A stretch of DNA of 28,227 bases from Chiloscyllium plagiosum (GCF_004010195.1 NC_057719.1:16821532-16849758); one strand, 5' to 3'. Shown: positions 1 through 11,617, counted from the first letter of the stretch. Made by a program: numbers and translations. The notes: generated by a model not told the origin, from the letters alone.

Positions 1-368
1 CTTGCTCTGGAAGGCTAACATAATTTTTATATTCTTTCATTTATTACTTTGGTAGAAAGGCTTCTGGTAATAAATTACAACCGTGACCTTTCACCAGAAT
101 AATTAATAGTTTAATTTTTGAAGACTGTTGAATACTGACTGACTGCTTAACTTTGAGGTGAATTTTCAGCTTTAAGCTGCAGGTCTTCTTACACATTTAT
201 GGATTTACACAATAAGATAGACATAGTGCAACAGTAAGATGTTTGAAGCCTAACTTTCCTAAAAAAAAAGTATTGTAATAATTGACGGGATAACTGTGGC
301 ATACCATGACCTTTTCAGAGATTTATTTAATGTGAGATGTTTGTGCTGCTTTATTTTACAACAGAACA

Positions 369-471
369 ATGGGCAAGAAAAGTAGAGTCAAAACACAGAA
401 ATCAGGAGGTGGAGCGACAGCAACAGTTTCTACGAAAGAAATAATGAACCTGATAACAGAATTGCTGCAAA
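369..471 (+). CDS. SETD3: SETD3 first coding exon (MGKKSRVKTQKSGGGATATVSTKEIMNLITELLQ + 1 nt)
   Basis: The translation closely matches the vertebrate SETD3 N-terminus as I recall it (MGKKSRVKTQKSGTGATATVSPKEILNLTSELLQK). Acceptor ttttacaacag ends at 364, ATG is at 369, and donor GTAAGT is at 472. 103 coding nt, phase 1. Confidence 0.97.
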
Positions 472-959
472 GTAAGTATTCTTTGAATTGAATTAGAAAT
501 CTTGTAGTACAATATAATTTTAAGTTGTCATCATAGGTAGTTTTAATTTATCCCTAGGAGAAAAAAAAAGTTTAACAGTTTGCTTTGCACCTTGCCTGAG
601 GTGTGACAATAGACTGCCTGTTCACTTTAACCTATTTTTCATCTGTACATAAAAGTTAGTTTCTCATGAGTTTGATTGTATTCAGGTGTAGGAAAATTGT
701 TTGGAGATTCAGAATCATTTGACAAATGTAATCTTTTTGAAAAGCTGTGCCGCTAAGTTAATTTTCATAAATCAAAGAAAATTGTTGATTGAATTTCTGA
801 GTACCAAATCTGGAAATGTATATTTGTACATTGAAGACGTGGATTTAAATAAAGGAAGTGAGGTAATGTCTTGGGTCAAGGAAACCTAAAGCAGGCCACC
901 AAAGATCAGATCCAGCAAGAAATAAGTTATTGAAGCCAAAAAAGATCTAAGATTAAAGG

Positions 960-2755
960 ATGAACAGAATAATTTGCCTCTGTCCGATCGCTATCCCTCT
1001 ATTCTTTGTCTATTCATGCATCTGTCAAGATGCCTCTTAAGCTTTGCTCTTGTACTTGCCTCCACCACCTCCTCTGGCAGCACACCAGGCACTTTCCACC
1101 CTATTTGTAAAAAATAGAACTTGCCTGTCACATCTCCTTTAATCTTTCCCCCTTTTTTTACCTTAAACCTACATAGCATAATAATTGACATTTCTACCCT
1201 TGGAAAAAGACTCTGACTATCCATGCTGCTCATAATTTTGTAAACTTCTATCTGGTCTCTCCTCATCCTTTGATGTTCAAGTGAAAATTTCTCCTCATAG
1301 CTAATATCCTCCAAACCAGGTAACCTCCGGTATAAACTGTTTCTGTTCCCTCTTTAAAGCCTCCTATATCCTTCAGATAGTATGATGTCCAGAACTGTAC
1401 TCAACATTCTAAATATGACCTAACTAAAGTTCTGTACACCTGCAACATGGCTTGCCAATTTTTGTACTCTGTGCCTTGACTGATGAAGGTGTGTATGCCA
1501 AATGCCTTTTTGACCACCTTATCCACTTGTGTTGCCACTGTGGATTTGTACGCTGAGACCCTTTTGTATATTGATGTTCTTAAAGGTTCTGCCGTTTACT
1601 GTATACTTCACTCCTATGTGAGATCTCCTGAAATGCATCCCTTTGCATTTGTCCGGATTAAACTCCATCCAAATCTCCAGCTTATCTGTATCCTCTGACA
1701 ATTCTCCTTGCTATCCACAGCTTCTCCAATCTTTGTGTTGTCCACAAAACTACTAATCAGACCACTTATATTTTCCTCCAAATAACTTTATATATACTAC
1801 AAACAACATGAATTCTAGCACTGATCCTTGTGGAACACTACTAGTCACAGATCTCCAGTCAAAACAAAAACACCCTTACACTGCTACTTTCTCTCTTCCA
1901 TGAATAAGCCACTTCTGTATCCATCTTAACAGCTCAGTGTGAATATCCTGTGACTTCATCTTTTGCATCAGCCAGCCATGAGGGACCTTGTCAAAGATGC
2001 TGAAGTCCATGCAGGCTTCCAAACTGCCCTCATCAATCATTTTTGTCACATCCTCAAAAAATGCAATCAAATCTGTAAGACATGACCTTCCCTGCACAAA
2101 GCTAATAAATTTATATCTTTCCACATGTGAGTAAATCTCATCCCTAAAAATCATCTTCAATAATTTCCCTACCACTGATGTAAAGCTCACTGGTCTGTAA
2201 TTTCCCTGATTATCCCTGTTGCCCTTTTTAAGCAAAAGAACGCCATTGGCTAATCTTAGCCCTCTGGGACCTCTCCTATGATTAAAGAGAACACAAAGGT
2301 TTTATACAAGGCCCCAACGATTTCCTCACCTGCCTCTTTCAGCATTCTGGGATAGATCCCATCAGGTCTTGGAGATTTGTCTACCTTCATGTTTTGTAAA
2401 ACACCAATCGCCTCCTTTTTTATATTGACATATGCCAGAATATCAACATTCTCCTCCCAAGACTCACCATCTACTAATGTCCTTCTCATTAAGGACCTCA
2501 CCCACTTCCTGTGGCTCCGTGTAGAAATTCTCTCCTTTGTCCTTGAGTGGACCTACCGTTTCCCGGGCTACCCACTTGCTCCTTATGCATGTATAAAACA
2601 TCTGGGGACTTTCCGTAATTCAGATTGCCAAATACCTTTTGTGACCCCTTTTAACCTTCATAATTCTTTGTTTGAGTTCTTTCCTGCCATCTTTGTATTC
2701 TTTGAGGCTCTGTCTGTTTTCAGATTCATAAACCTTAAGCATGCTTCATATTAAA
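960..2755 (-). mobile_element. Decayed CR1-clade LINE, 3' part of ORF2 (RT) and 3' end
   Basis: Minus-strand ORF fragments carry CR1 RT motifs: KVDKSPRPDGIYPRMLKE, KKGNRDNQGNYRPVSFTSVVGKLL, GRSCLTDLI, FDKVPHG, WMEFNPDKCK, LKRHLDRCMN. Many stops, frameshifts and deletions. Boundaries approximate. Confidence 0.9.
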
Positions 2756-2767
2756 TATTATGTATTC

Positions 2768-3150
2768 AAGAACATGGAACAACAATAGATCTTTCAACCT
2801 ATCGAGCCTGCGCCAACATTCAGCATATTTATGATTGACTCAACACTTCATTGCCTTCTACACAGCAACTCCATCCCCAACCCACAAGACCATATCAATG
2901 TATATCACTGGTTGTTGGAAATCCATTGATTCATATCGTAAACATACGCAAACACTGAGCTTCCCAGCCCTCTGTGGTAGAGAATTGCAAAGGTTTACAA
3001 TTCTCCGAATGAAAAGTAAGTTCTCCTCATCTCAGACTTAAGTGGCATCCCCTCATTTTGAAGTTGTGCCCTCTGATTTTAGATTCCTCAACAAAGGGGA
3101 AACATGTTACCTGCATCTGCCTTGTCTCCTCTTTTAAGTATTTTGCAGGC
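2768..3150 (-). mobile_element. Old CR1-type LINE 3' end fragment
   Basis: Typical antisense CR1 3' sequence (aagaacatggaacaa..., gccctctgtggtagagaattgcaaaggtttaca, ttctcctcatctcag); the reverse complement resembles the C-terminal NFFTQRVVNLWNSLP region. Confidence 0.7.
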
Positions 3151-3197
3151 TATTTGCTACCCCAAGAACTAAGGCTGAATTTGCTACCCCAAGAACT
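3146..3197. repeat. Short tandem duplication (~26 bp unit, core atttgctaccccaagaact x2)
   Basis: atttgctaccccaagaact occurs at 3152-3170 and 3179-3197, each preceded by aggct. Confidence 0.85.
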
Positions 3198-3399
3198 GGC
3201 CTAGTTGAAAACGTTTTGAAAGGGAAGCTTAAAGTAGGCCCTGACCTCAACCTCTGTTCATCTCTGTCCCAACAAGATTTCTGTTTGCTACCCTTGTGGC
3301 CTTGCTTGATTCAGTTGGAAACCTCTGTGCCTGTTAATGCTGAATTAAGGGTATATTTGTAAAGTTGACACCCACTAAAAGTGAATGATAATTGACAAC

Positions 3400-3498
3400 C
3401 AGTGCAGAGAATGCTGAAGAAACTTAGCAGCTCTGGAAGCAAATGTGGAGAGAGAAACAGAATTAATGTTTCAAGTCTGGTATGAATCTTCTTCAAAA
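3400..3498 (-). mobile_element. Degenerate Penelope-type terminal repeat fragment (older subfamily) with decayed hammerhead-like motif
   Basis: The reverse complement contains ttgaagaagattcataccagacttgaaacattaattctg, the same [C/T]TGAAGA-stem-GAAAC layout as the younger copies. Confidence 0.55.
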
Positions 3499-3747
3499 TG
3501 ATTATTGAATCTGGACAGGCTAATTCACATGGATGTGACAGAGGGGTTATCTTTAACAGGAGGGAAGAAGAGACATTCCTCTTTTATTTTTTAGGTAGAT
3601 TTTAAAGTGGACAATTAAAAGTTGGCCACAATTAAAAGGCCAAATATCTAATTCACTGTCCACCTAGGGTGAAATATTATAGGTGCTTCAGCTTATCAGC
3701 ATACAGGCTTGTAATACAGTATTTTTTATTTTTTATTTCTCTTCAAG

Positions 3748-3840
3748 AATGTAGCAATCCTTCCACAGTACCTGGAAAGGAATGGGAAGAATACGTGCAG
3801 ATCCGTGGCTTGGTTGAAAAAATCCGTAAAAAACAAAAAG
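3748..3840 (+). CDS. SETD3: SETD3 second coding exon (KCSNPSTVPGKEWEEYVQIRGLVEKIRKKQK)
   Basis: Polypyrimidine tract with AG at 3746-3747 and donor GTAATT at 3841. 93 nt, phase 1/1, in frame with the previous exon. Matches SETD3 GKEWEEYVQIRTLVEKIRKKQK. Confidence 0.97.
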
Positions 3841-4079
3841 GTAATTATGATTGATTTCCTCTTTTGCATGAATTATTTTCTCTTGTTTCACAAACAAACT
3901 CATCTGATTGCACATCACTGTCATCGCTAGCCAGCAAAAGAGGTAGTATAAAATTGAAAATGGTATGTACAAGATAACATAACATACTGAAGGTTTAATT
4001 TACTATGCTGCAGTTTTAAGGTTCTGAGTTTTTTTTGTATAGCTTTCTGCTCTCAATTTTAGTCACATCATCAGGAGTA

Positions 4080-4262
4080 AAGATAAAGTCGCCATAGTCT
4101 CGCCAGACCATAGGGCTGTTCTGTCCATTAGACAGAAATGACTGGTGATGATTTAACCTGAGGGTCACCATGGCTCAAGCGAGGGGAGAGGCTGAGAAGG
4201 AGACTCCTTATAGTAATCTCAGCCAGTGCAGGAATTGAACCCATATTGTTGGCATCACTGTA
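4080..4262 (-). mobile_element. tRNA-derived SINE-like repeat fragment
   Basis: The minus strand has a B-box-like gggttcaattcc (4230-4242) near its 5' end, followed by a ~150 bp body. Family not confidently named. Confidence 0.5.
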
Positions 4263-4459
4263 TGGTCATTAGGAATAATGACAAAAGGACAAATTCTGTG
4301 GTTTTCCAGAATTGAGGGCTGATCCTGGATAGTTGCTGGGTGTAAAACCTAAATAAGGTTTTAGTTTTCGATTACCTAGGATATGATTCATAGCATAATG
4401 TTGGATCAAATACCAAAATTCCTTCGCAATCCTAGAATTTATAATGGTGAGACTCCACT

Positions 4460-4990
4460 AAGCAGTCATATACTATATAATAAGTCTTCTTTAAGACATT
4501 AATTAGACCTCAGTGGAGCATTACGTACAGTTTGAGTGCCACAATTCAGGAAGAATGAGAATAATTGGAGAATGTGCAGAAGAAGTTTACAAGAATGCTT
4601 CTAGGAGTGAGGTACTTGACTTATGAGGATAGATTGGGAAAACTTGAAACTGCTTTCTTTGGAAAGGAGAAAATGAAGAGGAGATTTGAAAGAGTTATCA
4701 AAATCACAAGGGACCTGTATAAAATCAATGGAAACCATTCCATTTGTAAAAGGATTGAGAAGCAAAGGACACAAATTTTAAAGTGTTTTACAAAGAACCA
4801 CATGCGATATGGAAATAAATAGAAAGATTAAATAGAAATGTGTTGAAGGCAGATTCAGTTGAGGCATTCAGGAGGGCATTAAATGAGTATTTGAACAGAA
4901 ACAACATCCAAGGATATAGGACATGTCACAATGCGTATTTGAAGAGCCAGTGAGACTTCATGGTCCGAATGGCCTTTTTTTTGCAATGTA
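4460..4990 (+). mobile_element. Old CR1-type LINE 3' fragment
   Basis: Reads LENVQKKFTRMLLGVRYLTYEDRLGKL (CR1 ORF2 C-terminus), followed by a 3' UTR-like ggtccgaatggcc tail. Confidence 0.8.
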
Positions 4991-7235
4991 TCAATTCTTT
5001 GTTTCAACCCTTAATTATAAATCTAATTTCTGTGAAAATGATAAAAAAAAACTTGACTTTAAAGAATATAGTAATAAAACATCTGTAATATCATAGCACT
5101 TAGTATGCTGTAAACTTCAAATGTTAGAATGTATGACCTAGTCTGACACATGGAAACTCAATTTTACTCAACTATTATTTCTTTTTATTGTCAGAACTCT
5201 GATTCTATGTTCCCATTCCCCTTCATTTCCTTTTAATCACAATCTAAACTCTTCCTTAAAACTTGGCATGGCCTCTCTCCCTAGTTTCTCTTGTTCTTGT
5301 TTCTAAAGGTCCTGTCGGTACCCTCTTCACCTTCCCCCTCCTCCCCCCCCCCCCCGCCCCCAACTAGATCTTCAATCATTTAAAACAATATATTTCACTT
5401 TTTTAATTTCAGTTTAATACCTTCACAACACTTTTTGATAATCAGTGTCCTCTGTTCTACTGACCCACAGTCCCACTTTTTTATGTTTTTCTTTGCATTT
5501 TTATGTCCTCCTACTTCCTAATAAATACATGTTTGCTATTTAAAATGCTTCCAAAACTTTACAAAGCGAGTGGCATGGTAGTTTTACTGAAGTACCGCTT
5601 TGACACTCTAGTGTTTTGAATGCCTTTGACTTCTTTGGTTCTATTAAAGATTATGATCATTCAGCCAGTTTCAATGCAAGTTTTCTGGTCATTAGTTTGA
5701 TTTTAGAAAACTGCTTTAGGTGCATCTTAATTGCACTCTTGAATAGTTTATATAGCACTATTTGTATTGCATCATCACTAATTTCTAGACAATATACTGT
5801 AAGCTTGTCAACTGTTTCTGTGTCTCATCTCCTTTGCATTTGAGACTACCACACAGTCTCTTCAAAACACCTCTTTTAAGACGTTCTGACCAACACTTCT
5901 TTGCATTGTTCTGACAAATATGATAAAAGATAAACGAGGTGACGTCTGTATCACTAAAAAGGTGGATAACTCTAAAATTTTGATCAAGTTTTTTTTAACT
6001 GTTACTCTTTGTGAGTGTAATGCTACTCTCAGAACATTCTTTTTTCCTCTTTTCTGATTATTACTCTCTCCTTTAGTTTTTCAGGCCTAAGTTATTCAAT
6101 TTTTCACTCGATACCCATTGAGCTAGTTTTATCTTTTGGGAAATGGCATAAGGCTTTTGAGCCTGCCCTGCCATACAGTGTGATTACGGCTATTTTATGA
6201 CATAATTCCATGTTCCTGCCTTTGCCTCATATGCTTAATACCTTTGGCCTGCAATCCACTTCCTCTAATGTCACTATTGATGTTGTTATTCCGTATGTCC
6301 CCTATTGACAAGACCATTATTATATGTTTTCAGTGCACCCATATTGCTCCTGTCAAGTGTCTTTTTTTTCCCTAAAGTAATTGTAAAGACTTTTTGCTTG
6401 ATTTGATGCTGTTTGCAAGTTTCATGTCATATTCCCTTCTTGTACTCTTATATATTTACCCACTATTTGCCATTCTCCCCACATCAGGATCTGTACTTCT
6501 TTTTTGCTGTATATTATTTCTTAACTCTGTAGTCAAACTTGGCTGTTTTTGGTATTTTTAAAATATTATGATACTTTTATCTTGCACTTTCATATATACT
6601 GTATCATATTAATTTGTTAACTCATCCTACCGATCTGTCATTTAATCCAAAACAGACTTGTCTAGTTTCCTGCAGACAGTCTCTGTTTTAGCATATTGAA
6701 TTCAGTCTTATCTAAATATGGAATCTCATCATTTTCATGTTTCTCCTTTAGAAGCACTGCATTGAGCTTGATTATATTATGATTGCTATTAGATAATTTA
6801 ACATCATTCCACTCAATCACAAAGACAAATCTAAATTTAGAAATTACTGGCAGTGTTCTCTGTGAGCTTTATTCTATTTAGTGTTATCTGCAGAATTAAA
6901 ATGTTTATAATTGATTTCTTCATCTAAGCTTTATGTAGGTTATCAAGGAGTTTAAACATTTGTCTTTCATTCAACACCTCAACCTTCTGGCGCTGCATCT
7001 ATTAGGAACGGTCTTAATTCATTTTCTTATCTAGTCTGTGTTTTATACTTGATTCAATATTAAATATCAGTTCACAAATAGGATTTTATGTCGGGGTATC
7101 AGAAAATCAAAATGCAACTATTGTAGGGAGTTCCATCTTTCTTTATATCATGCCAAAAGAAGTGACCGTGATTTGTTGAACAGATTGTCCTCATTTAAGT
7201 TCCCGCTTACTATTTCTAAAACAGTCCTGAATATT

Positions 7236-7376
7236 CATTGAACCTACAGTCTGGAAAGAAGCCTTTCAGCCCATTGAGTCTACACCGGCCCTCCAAAGAG
7301 GATTATATCCAGGCTCAGATCCATACCTTAGCCTCCTAACCGCACATTTACCATAGCTAATCTACCTAACCTGCAC
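7236..7376 (-). mobile_element. HE1-like SINE, 3' portion (5'-truncated)
   Basis: The reverse complement begins gtgcaggttaggtagattagctatggtaaatgtgc and ends in a CR1-like tail (tgggctgaaaggcttctttccagactgtagg), homologous to the neighbouring SINE copies. Confidence 0.7.
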
Positions 7377-7386
7377 TTCCCCAGCA

Positions 7387-7468
7387 GCGGTGATGGCCGA
7401 GAGGTTAAGGCATTGGATTTGAAATCCAATGGGGGCTCCCTGCGCAGTTTCGAGTCCTGCTCATAGCG
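7387..7468 (+). pseudogene. tRNA-Ser pseudogene (current anticodon TGA; body most similar to tRNA-Ser(CGA))
   Basis: 82-nt cloverleaf with a long variable arm: GCGGTGA TGGCCGAGAGGTTAAGGC A TTGGA TTTGAAA TCCAA TGGGGGCTCCCTGC GCAGT TTCGAGT CCTGC TCATAGC G. It has a G:A mismatch in the acceptor stem and the G53:C61 pair is broken (GGTTCGA to GTTTCGA). TTTT follows at 7475-7478. Confidence 0.85.
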
Positions 7469-7480
7469 TTGAAGTTTTAA

Positions 7481-7735
7481 GTGGAAGGCTCAGTGGTTAG
7501 CACAACTGCCTCACAGTGCCAGGGACCTGGGTTCGATTCCAGCCTCAGGTGACTGTCTGTCTGTGTGGAGTTTCCATATTCTCCCCACATCAGCGTGGTT
7601 TCCTCCCACAAATCAAAGATGTGCAGGTTAGGGTGAATTGGCCGGGCTAAATTGCCCATAGTGTTCAGGATGTGTTAGTTAGGGGTAAATGTAGAGTCAT
7701 AGGCTAGAGGGCTGGGTTTGAGTGGGATACTCTTA
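7481..7735 (+). mobile_element. HE1-like V-SINE
   Basis: tRNA-like head (ggctcagtggttagc A-box, gggttcgattcc B-box), V-domain-like core (gtctgtgtggagttt...ttctccc...ggtttcctcccaca...aaagatgtgcaggttagg) and partial tail. Confidence 0.88.
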
Positions 7736-7737
7736 AT

Positions 7738-7926
7738 GGGTGGCACGGTGGCTCAGTGGTTAGCACCCCTGCCTCACAGCACTAGGGTCCTGGGTTCGAT
7801 TCCCACCTGTCTGTGTGGAGTTTGGGCATTCTCCCTGTGTCTGCATGGGTTTCCTCCCACAATCCAAAGATGTGCAGGTCAGGTGAATTGGCCATGCTAA
7901 ATTGCCAACAGTGTTAGGTGCGTTAG
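7738..7926 (+). mobile_element. HE1-like V-SINE, 3'-truncated
   Basis: Head ggcacggtggctcagtggttagcac...gggttcgattccc plus the V-domain core. Confidence 0.88.
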
Positions 7927-8102
7927 ATTCCCTACAGTATGGAAACAGGCCCTTTGGCCCAACAAGTCCATACTGACCCTCCGAAGAGTAACCCACTCAG
8001 ACCCATTCCTCTATATTTACCCCTAACTAATGCACCTAACACTATGGGCAATTTAGCATGGCCAATTCACCTGACCTGCACATCTTTGGATTATGGGAGG
8101 AA
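7927..8102 (-). mobile_element. HE1-like V-SINE, 3' half in inverted orientation
   Basis: 8027-8102 is the reverse complement of 7851-7926 (4 mismatches by eye); 7927-8026 is the antisense CR1-like SINE tail. Confidence 0.85.
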
Positions 8103-9295
8103 GCTGGAAATGTGTTAAGAAATCAAAGGTCTCTAAAGATGCACCCTCTTCAGTGTTTGTTGCATTTTAATGTGTGCAGAATGAATTGGTATTTTCTATC
8201 TTTGATCATTTGCAAGAAATATGAACTGACAATCATTATGACTTTCCTGAATTAGTCTATTGCTTTTTAGTCACAATTCCAGTTTTGTCCGCACTAAGGT
8301 TTACTGTTATGGCACTAAAAATGTGCTACCATTGCTTAATCTCCCTTGTTCCTCACTAGTGACCTCTTGGCGTCTGTACTTTTTTTGTTAAGCTTGGTTG
8401 AGGAGCTTGTTGCACTTGCCACTGCCCAAAATGCCCTGATCCTTTTTGTCCTATAAACTTTGAACAAATTGATTGTTTAGCTTTCCTTTGATTTTTAGTT
8501 CATATCAGAACATTTTCAGGTTCAATCTCTGGTCTGAATTGATTTATTTAATTTCAACCAGCACAAAAATTGGAAGTGTTGGAGTTTGCCTGCTGTGTCT
8601 GTGGGCTGCAAAGTTGATAGAATAATTGGATCAGTAACCATGTATGAATATCCAGCGAGGAACAGGATAGGTTCTGAAACGATAATGTTTGCTTGAATTT
8701 TCTCCTGACGCTATCTAGATTACTGCATTTAAAATGGGCATTTGAGTGATGCTATTAACAGTTGAAAATTCATCAGAACAGTTTAGGATGGATTACAAGA
8801 AAATGGATTGAGAAATGTGCTGTAATGAATAGGTATTGTGCACAGTGAGGGATTTAAGACTGGATTGTAAATAGTGGGAATGAAGTTTCAAGCAATTTAT
8901 CAAGCTCCAAATGCCTTCTATTTTCTGAAGCTCCAGATGTGAAAACATTTTCTCCTAAATTTTCTATAATCTGTTTTATACTTTTATGGTAACAAGTCAC
9001 ATGGAGATGAATGTCATCCTTCTCCAATCAAATTGTCTTGTACAATGAATCATAGTGTCAGGATTTAATTAATTAAGCAATGTGCGATATTATAGTAGAT
9101 TGGCTATATTATCATTCTTGCACCAAAGCTATTGCTGATCAGTTTAAACACTGCCTGAATCCTTTTTCATTTTTTCTTGAATGCCTAGTATTAAATCGAA
9201 TTTGTTTTGCATTTCTTTTCTAGTTAGTAGAACTTTGATTCACCTATAATTAACTTCTCTGATTTTAAGTTACTATGTGGTTTGTAACCATTTAG

Positions 9296-9444
9296 GATTA
9301 TCGGTTGTCTTTGATGGGAACAGAGAACACCACTTTGATGAACTACTGCAGTGGGCAGCTGACTGTGGAGCCTCAACTGAGGGTTTTGAAATCACTTATT
9401 TTCCAGAAGAGGGCTATGGTTTAAAGGCAACTAAAGACATTAAG
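9296..9444 (+). CDS. SETD3: SETD3 third coding exon (GLSVVFDGNREHHFDELLQWAADCGASTEGFEITYFPEEGYGLKATKDIK), start of SET domain
   Basis: Acceptor tttag ends at 9295 and donor GTTTGC is at 9445. 149 nt, phase 1/0, in frame. Matches SETD3 GLSVTFDGKREDYFPDLMKWASENGASVEGFEMVNFKEEGFGLRATRDIK. Confidence 0.97.
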
Positions 9445-9537
9445 GTTTGCCTCTTTTAACCTTCTTCATCCACCATCCTTTCTATGCAGTAATTTTCACC
9501 TACAGAGATCAGACTTTCCAGAATCATTTGTTGATAT

Positions 9538-10229
9538 TGTTACGGCACTGCGGCAAACCCTTCATGCTAATTAACCCAAACATACCGAAAAGCTCACCTC
9601 GCCTCGTAATCTGTTAAAGTATGAGTGACAGAGAACTACCCAAATTCCAGTATTTAAAGAAAAAAATAACAATTTTATTTTTTAAACCCTAAAGTGAACA
9701 TTAAGCAACAACTATTTATAACTCCTACTCTCCTTTGTCTTAAAGATTTGTTATCTACCTCCCACTCTATAACAATCGACTGATCCGATAAAGCCCCTAT
9801 TAAATTTTCAAATCAATTTTCAGCTGTCATCCTTCTCTGTTTGTAGATCTCCCTAGGTCATCTTCGGTTTTCTGCTGCACAGATGTTCCATATGAAAAAT
9901 GTACCTTTTAGAGAAAGGGTTTTCAGGCAGTCTGTCTGACAATGGCAGGTGATGCTCTTTCTCTGCTAACTGTGCAAATTGCCTGCTTTTTATACCCTGT
10001 AACATTGGATCATATCATTGGTGTGATATTGTCAAAACAGTAAAATTCAAGTTCAATTGGGTTTTAATTTAAACTGGTTAAACTCGAACTGCTGTGAAAA
10101 CACTGAGGTGTCTAGGTTACAGCCAAAACATTACATCTTTCAATTGTCCAGTAAATTTTGTGCCTGCCAGGTGCTTGCCAGCTTTCACTCTCTCTTAAAG
10201 GTACAATACGTGCCTTCAACTTCGTATCA
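9538..10229 (-). repeat. 3' LTR (692 bp)
   Basis: Aligns end to end with 16287-16983, begins TGTTAC and ends CA, and is adjacent to the PPT. Confidence 0.95.
9987..10021 (-). promoter_or_regulatory. LTR U3 core promoter motifs: TATAAAAA (9987-9994) and two CCAAT boxes (10004-10008, 10017-10021)
   Basis: Motifs read on the minus strand in CCAAT-CCAAT-TATA order, with a minus-strand AATAAA downstream at 9674-9679. Motif evidence only; activity unknown. Confidence 0.5.
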
Positions 10230-10230
10230 A

Positions 10231-10242
10231 CTCCCCCGTTTA
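10231..10242 (-). other. Polypurine tract of the LTR element
   Basis: The minus strand reads aaacgggggag, 1 nt before the TG start of the 3' LTR. Confidence 0.85.
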
Positions 10243-10400
10243 AGAAAAAAATGAACCATCAAAATGAAAAAGTAGCTTCATTCTTTTCTCTATTTCTTAA
10301 CCCCATTACCATGAATTACAGAGAACGTTAATCTAAGTTCATATTAACTAATGCACACACATAAATTGGTATCTATTCCATCTTATCTATACTTTATCTG

Positions 10401-11600
10401 TTAAATCTGCGATAACACATCTGCTATCACATTCTTATGACCCGCAATATGTACGATTTGTAAATTTTAAGTCTGTAACATAAGATTCCAATGAAATAGT
10501 CTCGTATTCTTGTCTTTAAATCGTTCCAAGAATGTAAGGGGTTTGTGATCCATGTACACAACTGTTTCTGACACATTGTTCATGACATAAATATTAAAAT
10601 GTTGTAAGGCCAGTGCCAAACTCAATAATTCCTTTTCGATCGTAGAGTATTTTCTCTGGTGGGTGTTGAGTTTCTTTGAAAAGTAACCAACTGGCAGTTC
10701 AATTCCATCATCATCTTCCTGCAACAGTACAGCTTCAACTCCTATGTCACGAGCATTGTTTGCAACTCTGAAAGCTTTCAAAAAATTTGGTGAAACTAAA
10801 ACCGGTGCAGTGGCTAATACTGCTTTTAAATTGTCAAATGCCTCCTGGCATTGTTCTGTCTTCTTCAGCAAATTTGTTAACGGTGCCACTACGCTGCTGA
10901 AGTTTGGAATAAGCCTCCAGTAGAATCCGCTTAGTCCCAAAGATTGAAGCACCTCTTCGAGGTTGGTCATGGGAATTCCTCGATGCCCTTCGTCTTTGCG
11001 TTCCTTGGGATCAACCTTCTATGACCGATGTTATGTTCCAAGAACATTACCTCTGGTTTCGCGAATTCTGTTTTCTTTAAGTTTATTACCAGTTTTGCTT
11101 CTCTGAATCGTTCTAAGGTCTCTGCCGCTGTGACCTCTCCACGACTCACTAAGATCACTTCATCATCCAGATAGACTGCATAGTTTGTTAAACCAGCCAC
11201 AACTCTGTTCATGAGTTGTGGGAATGTGGCGGGTGCATTCTTCATTCCAAAAGGCATTACTTTGAATTGATACAGCCCATTTGAGGTTACAAACGCAGAA
11301 ATTTCTTTTGCTTTCTCTGATAAAGGTATCCGCCAACAACCATACAGTAAGTCCAACTTGTAACTGGCTTGTCCAACTTTCTCTATACAGCCCTCTAATC
11401 TTTGTATTGGGTATGAGTCTGATTTTGTTACGGCGTTGACCTTCCGCTAGTCCACACAAAATCATTGAGACTCGTCAGGTTTGGGAACTAACATGAGCGA
11501 CGAACTCCACTTGCTTTGACTGGGTTTGATGATATCTTCGTTGAGTATTACATCCATGTCCTTCTGGACCTGTCTGGCTTTGAAATGATGAAGCTTGTAG
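10401..11600 (-). pseudogene. Gypsy-type reverse transcriptase + RNase H (disabled)
   Basis: Motifs DLLYGCWRIPL, GLYQFKVMPFGMKNAPATF, AVYLDD (~11162-11176), PVGYFSKKLNTHQRKYSTIEKELL, DHKPL, HIAGHKNVIADVLS*; terminal stop at 10401-10403. Frameshifts and internal stops present. Confidence 0.93.
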
Positions 11601-11617
11601 GAGTGTTATTTTATCGG

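Noticed and set aside
701..889. 62-aa ORF and similar short ORFs in AT-rich intron sequence (e.g. 5616-5843, 21730-21927)
   Set aside because: Chance-length ORFs, many with non-ATG starts, with no recognisable homology or exon structure.
5330..5361. Poly-C tract (G-rich on the minus strand, possible G-quadruplex)
   Set aside because: A simple homopolymer run with no supporting context.
7387..7468. Functional tRNA or selenocysteine/suppressor tRNA
   Set aside because: The anticodon reads TGA (Ser), not TCA. The acceptor-stem mismatch and broken G53:C61 pair indicate a pseudogene.
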